Of a stretch of DNA of 64,000 nucleotides, positions 52,401-64,000 are shown one piece after another (the stretch's first letter is position 1; each line of letters starts with the position of its first letter). The notes below the pieces were generated by a model. That model ran no database searches, was not told the origin of the DNA, and worked only from the letters and a program-made list of their open reading frames with translations. The DNA is from Octopus sinensis (Eukaryota). The translations under genes and the position numbers were made by a program. The stretch lies in assembly GCF_006345805.1 (NCBI RefSeq), contig NC_043001.1, positions 73,036,001 through 73,100,000 of the forward strand, read 5' to 3'.

Positions 52401-55400
52401 ATTGGTGTGTATGTATGTGTGTGTGTGTGTGTGTTTGTGTATTCACTATCTATTCAGTAATGTTGTTAATAGATATTGAGTATTCATTGAACGAGCTGTT
52501 TGATGTTTGTTGGTCCTGCTTTCAAGGAAACGGTCCACAGTATTTGTTCATTGAAAGTGGAGGCATTTTTGATACATTGAATCAAATGTTTGATGTGTGT
52601 TCAATACACATTCAATCAACTGATTGATGTGTGGTGTGTCGGTCGCCGTTGTTTAAAAAAAAAAAGAACCAACAAAACAACAACAAATAAACAAAAACAA
52701 AATCCCTGCATCTTGTAAAACTGAACAACCATTGACATGTGGTGACTAGATAGTTAATGCTGGCTGTTCTCATTTGCTGCCTTCATAATGAGTGACTATA
52801 AAATGATAAGATGATGAGGCGGATGGGTGGGATTGTTACAAGTGGGTGGGTTGTATTGATGTTAGGATTAAAGTTGATGTCCACCACCATCAGGAATCGC
52901 ATTTTGGCAGCTGCTGTAATCTCTTCACACACACGCGCGCGCACGCGTTATCAAGCTAATATGTTTATACATTTCAAAAGCTGCCAAATGTTGTTAAATC
53001 GCAGGAAAATAAATAAATAAATGAATAAAAAATATATATATAAATCAAACACTGTCTCTTCCACATAACAAATGTTCAACTATTGTAAAAAAAATATCGC
53101 GACAAAAAACACCCACAGAACGCCAATATTCTAGCTTTTTTTTCTTTTTGCGTGTTAGTTTCTTTTTAATAACTATCAGCCACGACCGCCGCCACCACCA
53201 CCTATTGTAGTATTTGCCGCTTGCAGTATTTTCTTTCATTGTCATGTAACGTTCTTCATTTTGTCATCGCTTTTCATCTTTTGTCTGTTATCCTACTTAG
53301 TATTTTATTTTCCTCTCTTTACATAAGAATGTGTGTGTGTCAAAGAAAGAAATGGACAAACTCCATCGCATATTCTTTTATTCTTCCATAGGCTTTATAG
53401 GTGCAGGTGTGTCTATGTGGTTAAAAAAAAATTGCTTCTCAACGATGTGGTTTTGGGTTTAGCTCCTATGTATGGCACAGTGATTGCAAACATGGGCATA
53501 CACCCCACGGGTATTCCTGGCAAAATTGAACCATAGTCGCCAGACACAAGATTCTCATTAAAGTGATTCTTTTTTTTCTTTTTTTAGTCAATAATGTACT
53601 TTTTTTGTACTCAGTACTTAATAAAAGAGTTATTAATAGATTATTTTCTGTTGAATAATCATGATAAAATATTAAAAATAGTTATTTTATTGTAGCCATT
53701 GCTGAGACATACATTTTTCTGGGAAGTTATAGTGGGGCTTGGGGGGGAAAATAGGTTGGGAAATATTTGTGACACATTGGGCAACCAAAGCCTTGTGAGT
53801 AGATTTGGTTGGCAGAAACTGAAGGGAGCCCATCACACACACACACACACACACAAATATGTATATGTGTGTTTGTGTAACTTTGTTTTGACATCATCTG
53901 ATAGCTGTAAAACAAGTACTACCATCATACAAGCAATGTTTGTTTTCAGTCTTCCATGAAAAGCATCTCTTACCGTGAGGAAACATTACCTTACTTGGAA
54001 GCAGGTGAAGTTGGCAATAAGAAGAGCATTCAGACATGAAATATCTGCCTCACAGAATTCTATCTAACCCCTGCAAGCATGAAAAAGTGGACATTAGATT
54101 ATGATGATGGTGGTGTGGTGGTAAAAAAGAAAAGGAATCTCTGTGTTTTGTTTTCAAATATACTTCCAATTAGATAAAAGCAATAAGAAAAAAAAGACCA
54201 GATGATGGGAAAATGTTTTGTGTGTGTGTGTGTGTATAAAGACCTGAATTTAATCATGGCAGCAAATATTTCTGATGACATCATCTAACATTTGTCTTTC
54301 CACATTGGCTTGGATTGACTGGGTCAACCAGATCTGATGAACCAGTGTTGAGCTCTATCAGATTTGGCATGATTTCTACAGTTTTGCATTAGGATAAAAC
54401 ATATTTTACAAATATTCATTAACAGGAAAGTAAAATTTGGTATGTTTATGTCCCTATAACTTAGCCATTCATCAAAAAAGACTGATAGAATAAGTACTAG
54501 GCTTTAAAAATGTCATGGGGTCGACTTGTTTGACTAAAAACCTTTCAAGGTGGTGCTCCAGCATGGCTGCAGTCAAATGACTGGAAGAACTAAAAGAATA
54601 TATATATACTGAGAGAGAGGGGAGAGAAACATAGGAAGAGAGAGGTGTATGTATATGGGTGTAAGCATTGCTGTGTGGTTGAGAAATTTACTTCCCAGCC
54701 ATATGGTTTCAGGTTCAGTCCCACTGGGCAAGTCCCATCAAGGGCAAGTAACTTCTACTATAACCCTGGGCCAGCCAAACCCTTGTTAGTGAATTTGGTG
54801 GATAGAAAATGAAAGAATCTTGTTGTATGTATGGTATGTATGTATGTAGAAGTGTGTACATGCAAATGTGTGTGTGTGTGTGTTTGTTTACTCTCTGAAA
54901 GTTGTGGCTATAAGCAATGTTATTGTCAATTCTGTCAACAGACCATCCATTCACTTTGCATCTTCCATTTCCCAAATGAAATACTCCAAGGATCCATCTA
55001 TTCTTTTTAGCTTATGTATATAGGTGCTGGCGTGGCTGTATGGTAAGAAGCTTGCTTCCCAACTACATGGTTCTGGGTCCAGTCCCACTTTGTGACACCT
55101 TCAGCAAGTGTCTTCTACTATAGCCTCAGACCAACCAAAGCCTTGTGAGTGGATTTGGTATACTGAAACTGAAAGAAGCCAGTTGTGTATGTGTGTGTGT
55201 CTTTGGGTTTGCCTCCTCACCACTGCTTCACAACCAGTAACTTAGGAGTTCAGTGAAGGAGAATAAGTACTAGGCTTAAAAAATAAAAGTCCTGGAGTCT
55301 ATTTGTTCAACTAAAATGCTTGCATAGCTGCAGTCAAATAACTGAAAGAAGTAAAAAATAAAAGATATAGCATCTTCCATCTCTACAAAATATACAGCTC

Positions 55401-56335
55401 CATACACAGACAATTATCCGTTTCCATCATTCTCATACTTAGCTTCACAACAGCTCTTGCTTCATGCTTCACACCCATCATCTAAAAACCCCAAATTCTG
55501 AACTCTAAGCTGAAAGCCATATCTTCTGAATAAACCATTGTTACAAGAGCTGCTTATCTACAAAAACAGTAATGCCCCTTACAAATTTTAATACAGCACC
55601 AGCAATAGTTGCTGACGAAATATATCTCTTTTAAATTGATCAATGGATTATATCTGAAACTTTCTTTATCACAGCAATTTAATCAATTTTAGAAGTTATT
55701 AATCACTGAATCAACTAGACTAAGTAGCTACACCAGACAAATTTGACATTCCAGTAAAACTCTTTTTCAATTATGGTAAGAAGTTTAAGTTATGGATTAA
55801 GGAATTCGAGTGACTGTGATTCTCAGAGTTAATCCTAACAAATTAGAACTTTTGTTCATAGCCATCAGACATGATTACACAACTTTTGATAATGATTTAA
55901 ACTAGCTAGAAGTAACTTATGTGAAACCAGCCAATGAAATATATGTTGGGTATCTTCTGTCAATGCAATTTCAAAAATTTGATGGCAACTGATCAATTTC
56001 TACCAGATTAAATCAAAACATGATACCAACTGGTGTCATATTTTAATTAAATGTAAATATTATCTAATATCCATTAACTTCTTGGGTTATTTAATTTCAC
56101 ACAGATAATTAAGTCTCAATCCCAAATGTCTTTGGCTACTTTGAAAGTTATCTATACTTCAAAATAGTAAAGAATTACAGTGGACATGTGAATTTGCTCT
56201 GTTGTACACCAAATAGAAACCTTCATATGGTTTGAAAATTAGTTTGTTGGTTCATGTTTCCTTCTATCTGGGGTTGCTGTAAATGTATTCTATGAAACAT
56301 GATATTAAACAGGTAACACTGGGTATTATTAATTA

Positions 56336-56726
56336 CTAGCTTAAAAGCCACACTTTGTGCATACCTTTAAGCTAGTTCCTGCAGAGGGCTAATTGGGCCT
56401 GTGGCCCAAAACTATAAAGGGCAAAATAATAAAGCATTTATTGGTACCCTAACAATATAGTATTATTTAAAATTCAGTTTAAATGAAAAACTTGTAAGTT
56501 CACAAATTTTTGGAGTTCTTTTAAAATTTGAATTTTCAGTTGTTAGCATATAACAAATCCTCATCCAGACCTGATCACAACGTTGAATGTTCAAGAATCA
56601 CATGAAGGGCATTACTTCAATCCCAAGTATAAAAAGGTATAATATGTCTATGAAGAACAAATGTCGACTGAGATACAGGGTTCCCAGGCAGACAGACAGA
56701 TAGAATCTCGCGTTTATTATTGTAGA
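56336..56726 (-). mobile_element. Non-autonomous Helitron, about 390 bp
   Basis: Minus strand: A|TCTACAATAATAAAC..(TCTG)n...degenerate subterminal hairpin..GCTAG|T; A|T target site with no TSD. Confidence 0.65.
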
Positions 56727-57448
56727 TCAATTACGATTTAGTTTCTACCATCAGAACAGAATCAGTATCATCATCATTGTCATAACATTCAATTTTTCCA
56801 CACTCACAGGTGTCAGGTGGAATTTAAGGCAGATTTTTGTATAGCAGATGCCCTTCCCGTCACTAGTCCTCGCCTGTGTCTGTGCAAAGTAATATTTTCC
56901 CTCAACTAGAAATCTTTTCCACTTGAAACAAACAACATTGCATAAATGACAATGATGCTTGCGTACACCATCACATAATGTCAAAACAGTACACACACAC
57001 ATATATATGAGTCAGGCTTCCTTCAGTTTCCACCTACCATATACACTCCAAATATTTTTATCAATCTGGGACTATAGTAGAAGACACTTGCCCAAGGTGC
57101 CATGCAGTAGGACTGAATTCAACGCTTGCCCAACATACCACAGAATGGGACTGACTCTAAAACTACATACTTAGGGAACATGCCTCTCAATAATGCAGCC
57201 ATACCATCTAATGAAATTATTAACTACTATAGTATCACAATATGGTAGACTTGTGACATTTTTTTTTTTCAAGCTCCTTAAATAATTCTCAAAAATCCTC
57301 TTACTACATTGTCAAAAAAGAAGCTTATGCTGTTATAGAAACTGAGAAAATAGAAACATTTCCTCAGAAAACAGATTACAGATCCATTTCACATTTGACT
57401 ATAAAAAACAATGGCAAGAAAAATATAATACTGTTTCAAAAAATTGAA

Positions 57449-57497
<49 letters not shown>

Positions 57498-58894
57498 GCT
57501 GTTGATTTGGCTCTGAGAATTTTTCATTTGATTGTCTGTCTTGTGCTGCTCCTTCTTTAGAGTTAAAACATAATACCTTATTTCAGTGTAAGGAATTTTA
57601 GGATTGACAAAGAAACCAATTACCATGTTTAACAACATTTAGATGGTTTAACATTTTTTAAACTTGTCCAGCATCATTGTGAAGAAAGAAGAATTGTATG
57701 GATGCAGGATCTCTTTTGTCTCTGCATTAATAATGATGGCAGAAAAGGGCCAAAACTTATCTTTGATATTTTTTTTTGGTGGGGGGGGGTATATTTTCGA
57801 TTGAAGAACTGCAGTCTTTATACATTAATATTAGAATTTTTCATTTTATATGAGTCTGTAAGCCATTGTAGTCTGTAGAAGATATATGGTGAGTTGGTAC
57901 CGTGTTTACAATATCTTCTCCAAGTCAATGAGAGGACTTTTACATGAATGGTTGATTTCTTACAATTAGATCCCAATTTCCCTTAAATGACATGTTGCTC
58001 AAAAAAAAAATCTAACCATTGATTAATATGGACATGGGTTCACTGTGAAAGGGAAATAGATGGTGATGCTTATAACTGCCTTTGATCATAGCTGATTTAG
58101 GGGGTTAAGCAACAATAATAACAGCATTAACAATTTTCCAAGTGACAATTAAATATAACAATACCAAGTGACATTAAATATAATCAACCATCATTAAACA
58201 AAATGCAAACAAGTGTATTTCATCAACAAAAGAATACAAATTGAGAATATTAAACTGATATAAATTAAGCAATATGTATTCTATGTACAACTAGCTGTGA
58301 GAGAAAGAAAACTGTAAGCATATTTTTTCTCTGTTTTTGATGTGTGGTAAAAGAGAAGTGGGTCACTCAGTGGATTGTTTAATAGACCATTTCTTAGAGA
58401 TAACATCCAGTTTCCTTCTGCGATCAATAGCATAGAATATTTAAAGTTTCATGAATTGGGCTATCACAGTTGTGGATAACTTGATTTGCATATTTGTGTC
58501 ATGTCATAACCCTCAACTCTATCATCATTTTTACCAAATGCTATTTTTAGTGTTCAATAGTACAAGGTAACTGATTTAACCCTGTGAAATATCAATAAAA
58601 TCTAAACTTCTGAACACACTAAATACATTTTACATTGTTATTGTTGGCACATTGTAGCAAATGTCTTAAAATATGTAGAATCACAACTTCTGTCTAGTTC
58701 TAGATTTAGTCATTATAACACTAATATAACTCTAATTATTTGTTATCTCTAAAGTTGTGTGTTTTAATTAACTCTCTTTTATCTTTAGGACTGATTTAGC
58801 TATGGAGTGAGAAATATTTCATTTTGAGACAAAGCATGAATATATTCTTTTATTGTTGGAAGTTCAGCATAATTATGAGATTATATTGTAAAAA

Positions 58895-59135
58895 CTTAGT
58901 TAATGCTGTTGGTGCTAGGAGGTGGACACGGTGCAGTGTTTTGGGGTTGTGTAGGGATTTGGATGATATAGGTTGGGATGGTAAGAATGGTGTAGGTGTT
59001 GGAGGTGATGTTGGGATGGTGTAGGAGGTGGGAGTGGTATAGGGTTTGGATGTGATTTGGAGGTGGTGCTGGGTTGGCATATGGGGTAAGGTTTGGAGTG
59101 GTGTAGGATCTGGGTGTGATATAGGGGTAGAGAAG
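58895..59135. repeat. G/T-rich degenerate ~24-bp tandem repeat
   Basis: Recurring GGTGTAGGxxTTGGAxGTGAT. Confidence 0.65.
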
Positions 59136-59269
59136 CAGAGAACAGGGGGCAGTAAATTTAGCCAAAGTTAGAAGGGGAAGAAACTGTTGCATTTGGTAGT
59201 AACAGACAGTTTTTTGGGGGAATCATTTTGTTGATTTTTTTTTTCTCTCTCTTTGGCAGACTATTTGAA

Positions 59270-59665
59270 GTGTATATAAGAAGTATGAAGCTGTGCGATA
59301 GAGAGACATGGGTGTTGAATATGGTAGATCAATGAAGACTGAAAGCAGGGGAGAAATGAAGCATACACAATATATTAGCTTGTAATGTTAACTGGTATAA
59401 ATTAATGTAAATCAGAAGTAGGCAGAGACAAGCTGGTTGTTATTATTAAAGGTGCCATCACAGACATGTATGGATAACGAGTGCTGCTATTACTTAAAGG
59501 GTCCCCAAGGTAGAGGAAGACCAAGGAAAACATGGTAATAAGTAATGAGGGCAATTCTCAGTGTTGGTCCTCTTAAGAAAATATGACAAAAAGAAGAAAA
59601 AAATAAGACAATTGGTTCCAAACCTATCCAACCTGTGCCATCATGGAAAATTGCGTATTAAAACA
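59270..59665 (+). mobile_element. RTE LINE 3' end remnant
   Basis: ETWVLN..RNEA..KGPQGRGRPRKTW, then the tail TCCAACCTGTGCCATCATGGAAAA..TTAAA. Confidence 0.72.
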
Positions 59666-62126
59666 GTGGTGGTAGTAGTGACAATGGTGGTGGTGGTAGT
59701 AACAGTGGTAGTGGTAGTTACAATAGCGGTGGTGGTGACGATGGTAGTAATGAATTTGATATTTTTGATTTAAATGATTGTAGCTTCCATTTTTCTCTGA
59801 TAACTGCCAGAGTTTCTCAATTTTCTAATTATGTACCTTGGTGGGTGGGTTTGGTTGCAACTGATAGTTTTATAAATAAAAGAAAAAGTTTTTATCATTC
59901 TAGATTATATGGAAAGTGATTCATACAGCAGTAATAAATATCAAGGAAGATGTGTTTTGGATATATTTATTTGTTTTTCTTTTTTATTTTTCCATATTTT
60001 ATATAAAAATGAAACAAATCTTCTAGTATTAACCATGCTGTTTTATTAGGTTAGAAACATAATTTCTTTTCTAAAACAGAATCAGAAAGAAAAGAAGTGA
60101 TTAAGGAGGATGTTTAGAAAATATCGCATTCAATTTAGTCATCCTGGCTAGCTTCTAGATGTAAAAGTGGTACTGGTCTGTAATATCTCTCTCCATAATA
60201 TGCTATTACTTGATGATAAATCATTTTCATTCCTGAACATTGTAGAATAATAAAAAAAAAGCATGTGAATTTTATTTATATCATAAGGATAATGACAGAA
60301 ATGGGTTTTTTGTTTTGTTTTAAGCCATGTAACTCCTCTATTGCAAGAACCATGTTCTTTCCTGACCCCCTCTTTCACACCTTAACTCCTCATCTCCTAG
60401 CATAAAGCCCACTCCTCTACTGTAGCCCCACTCAGTCAAAGGGGATCTTAGCTCCACTTAGTCAAAGGGGATCTTAGTTGCATGATGATCTTACTAGTGC
60501 TGGTGCCATGGAAAAATTTACCTGAGATACATTGTAAAGTGGTTGATGTTATGTTACAAAGAGCATCCAACAGTATAAGTAATGCCAAAACAGACACTGG
60601 AGCACAACGCTGCTCTTGTACCCAATGCCAACCTGAAACAAGGATATTAAAAGATGATGATGTTAAGTGTGATATTTATGAATGGAGATACTATGAAGCA
60701 TTATTTTTCATAAGATAAGCAAGTTGGTATGGCATTGTTCATTTTACGTCCTTTTTGTTTTTTATGCTGACTTAAAGCTACTTATTTGAGGTAGTATTTT
60801 TTTTTGACCAGATGCCCTTCCTGTTCCCTACCATTACTTGTTTCTTAAGAAAGGAATTTCTTTTTCTTCCACTAAACTTTGATAGTGCAGAGCTACAAGT
60901 TATCATGTTCACCAGGAAATGTAGGCACAGTTTTGCCATTTTTTGCTTGGACCTGTCTCTTGGAAAGAAGTTGAAATGATTTTGCACATGCACACACATG
61001 CATGCACAGATAATATATAAGCACAGACATAGTTGTGCGTTTAAAAAGTTTGATTCCTTATGTGATTTCTGGTTTAGTCCCACTGTATGGTACTTGACAT
61101 ACAAGTCTCCTGTAACCCTAGTTTGACCACAACCATAAGGGTATATTTGGTAAATGGAACCGGAAAGAACCATAGATGTATGTGTGTATGCATATATATA
61201 TATATATATGCGTGTGTGTGTATGTATATATATATGCATGAGAGAGAGAGATGTATTAACTTGCTTCAAAACAAGTGAAGGTTGGCAACAGGAAGGGCAT
61301 TTGCCATAGAAAATCTGCCTCACTGAATTTCATCCAACTCATAGAAGTATGGAAAAGGGGACATTAAAGCAATGTGGTGATGGTGAGACACATACATTTA
61401 GTATTCACTGCCAGAAAAAAAAATGTATTCAATACCATAGTAGAGATAAACTATGTATTTTATTCTGGTTGAAGCAGTTTCTTGTTACGCAGTACCACCA
61501 GTGGCTCTTCAGACAAGTTATAAACATCACTATATATATACACACGTATGCATGCACATGTACATATATACATGCAAATATATAAACACATACATCATGT
61601 TTCCATAGGGTTTCCATATATCATTGTTTTGTGAGTAGGATTGATTGAAAAATATTCCAAATAGTTGAAGTAGAAAACAAAGATTATTTTACATGCTAAT
61701 TGTAATTAATCAAGATGTTCATTTGATATTTAGACAGGGTGAATGAAATATCTCTGGAAAATTACATGAGGTATCATATTAATATACAAGACTGTAAGCA
61801 CAGCTGCAGCAATATAAAATATATCTCTGTTAGCTAGATGTAGTTAAAAAAAAAAAAGAGGTAGTCAAAGGATACTTCTCTTGAAGAATTTTGGAATTAG
61901 CAATGTTAAAAAATTATTAAATTCTAATTAAAATACTCAGTATGGAATAGAAACTAGTTTGAGTTATTGGATTTAGAGAAACCTCACAAGGCTTTAATTT
62001 ATCTTAGACTGGTATAACTTTTTCATTTTTTTAAACATTATTTTTAAAATGTTTTATTTTCAGATTGATTTATATTTCATTGGTTGTCTTATGTTTACCT
62101 TCAAAATATAATAATGTTAATTAAAA

Positions 62127-62334
<208 letters not shown>

Positions 62335-62999
62335 TAAGATGCTTTTTGAAATTTTTCAATCTTTATTGTACTCACTAATAACTTCATTTGCATGTGAGGG
62401 TGTATGCATATGTGCATGTATAGATGTATGTGTGTGCGTGTATATATATATATATACACGCACACACACACACACATATAAATTTAAAAACTAAACCTTT
62501 CTGGCATGAGATATTTCTTTTTAGTTTCTATTTCAACATTTAGAATACTTGTTTGTACACATGTATGGATAGATGTGTGTTTCTTTTTGGGTTTTTTTCA
62601 TCTAGATATGTAATTTGGGTCAGACAAATTTCTCAGATTGATTTTTGCAACATAAATTCAATGATACCAGAATCCGAGGGACAAGATTTTCATATTTTAT
62701 TATTACATCATAATCACCTATAAAATAATCATGTGTATGTGTGCTTCTATAAAATGTATGTATACTTGCATGTTTTAGTGGACAGGTATGTGAGTGAGAT
62801 TTTCTCTCCTCCAACCATTATTTCCATTTTTATTTTACTCTCTTTCTCTTTTTCTAATTCCTTCTTCTCTCATTCCTACTCCCATCCATCTTCAGTTCAC
62901 CTTACCTGGTACAACTATGTCTTTCACTCTCCCCATCCTCTCTGTCATGCCTTCACTTTCTTCTGCCTCACTCCTTCCTACTATTATGCTTTAAGCAGG

Positions 63000-63056
<57 letters not shown>

Positions 63057-63714
63057 ATAAAATTATTATCTAAACAACCATGTGCCACAAAATCAAAGAT
63101 GTCATATAGAGAGAATAAGCCTGGGGCAATAATAAGGCTTGAACATTATTTAACTAAGCATGAGTTAATTGGACATCAATTAATTAAATGTCACTTAGCT
63201 TTGGATTGAACTATTACCTGAAGATAAATGACATATCTTTTGGTTGAAGACAGTAAAATAATAGAATTTATTGTTTGTCTGTGTAAACCAGTTGTATAGA
63301 TAAGTCAGTGTTATAAAAGAAAAAGAAATTTTATTTGAGAGCAGAACTTTCAGTCAGGAGGAGTGATAGTGGACCATAACCCTTCACTGGGCCTCTGGGG
63401 AATGTCTTCAAACCAGTGATGTGACCCAAATACTTGTGGACTTTACTAAATTACCCCAGGTGCCTTTAGTGGAATCCTCTCTGGTATATGTTCTGACAAT
63501 AACACCTCCAAAGATAACTCTAGTGCTAAGCTGTATTGGTCCAAGCCTTTCCCTTGGATGCATGTCAGTGTCATGAAGAGGAGAAGCTTGCTCAGGCCTG
63601 CATATACAAGTGCAAATGCATGGTCAACATTGACCAATAGAGACCATCACACTGTGTTCCACCACCACCACAAACACACACATACACATAAACATATGTA
63701 GATAGATATATCCC

Positions 63715-63926
63715 TTCTACTATAAGCACAAAGCCTGAAATTTTACAGGAGGTGGGGGCTGGTCAATTGCATCAACCCCAGTGCTCAACTGATCTTTTTT
63801 CATTGACTTTAAAAGGATGCAAGGCAAAGTTGAACTCAGCAGAATTTGAACTCAGGGCATTGAAACAAACAAAATACTGTGAAGCATTCTGCCTCGGTTG
63901 CAAATGATTCTACTAGATTGCTGCCT
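63715..63926 (-). mobile_element. SINE-B copy
   Basis: Reverse complement of the B unit. Confidence 0.8.
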
Positions 63927-64000
63927 TTTAGATAGATAAATAGATATATCATATATCTAATCATTATATCCTACTTACTTGAATGTATTATAAGAATGCC

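Noticed and set aside
60428-60480. ~26-bp tandem duplication (similar one at 58138-58185)
   Set aside because: Ordinary slippage-type duplication with no further structure.
60778-61323. 181-aa ORF, the longest in the window
   Set aside because: Runs antisense through a SINE-A with tail 2 and microsatellites; no recognisable domain.

Overview
AT-rich, CpG-poor, microsatellite- and SINE-saturated animal DNA; the repeat families look like those of Octopus (inference from recognising them, not database-checked). Almost the whole window appears to be one very long intron. The only convincing host exon is 62161-62277 (+), a phase 0-0 exon for kinase subdomains II-IV of a salt-inducible kinase (SIK3-like). 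The rest is a transposon record: two full-length decayed mariners of different subfamilies, a mariner deletion derivative, an internally deleted piggyBac, two TTAA-MITE families (one copy nested in the other), Helitron-like elements, RTE and restriction-like-endonuclease LINE 3' remnants, and at least four SINE-like families. The most unusual structures are a ~10x33-bp array of a SINE A-box head (9399-9722), a ~320-bp foldback inside an inverted-repeat-rich zone (40.1-41.5 kb), a sense-favoured hairpin near 46.4-46.6 kb, local duplications of non-TE sequence (24-33 kb) and two CpG-retaining unique segments. No rRNA, intact tRNA or CRISPR array was seen, and no new biological system can be established from the sequence alone. 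Coordinates and identities were read by eye; repeat boundaries are approximate.
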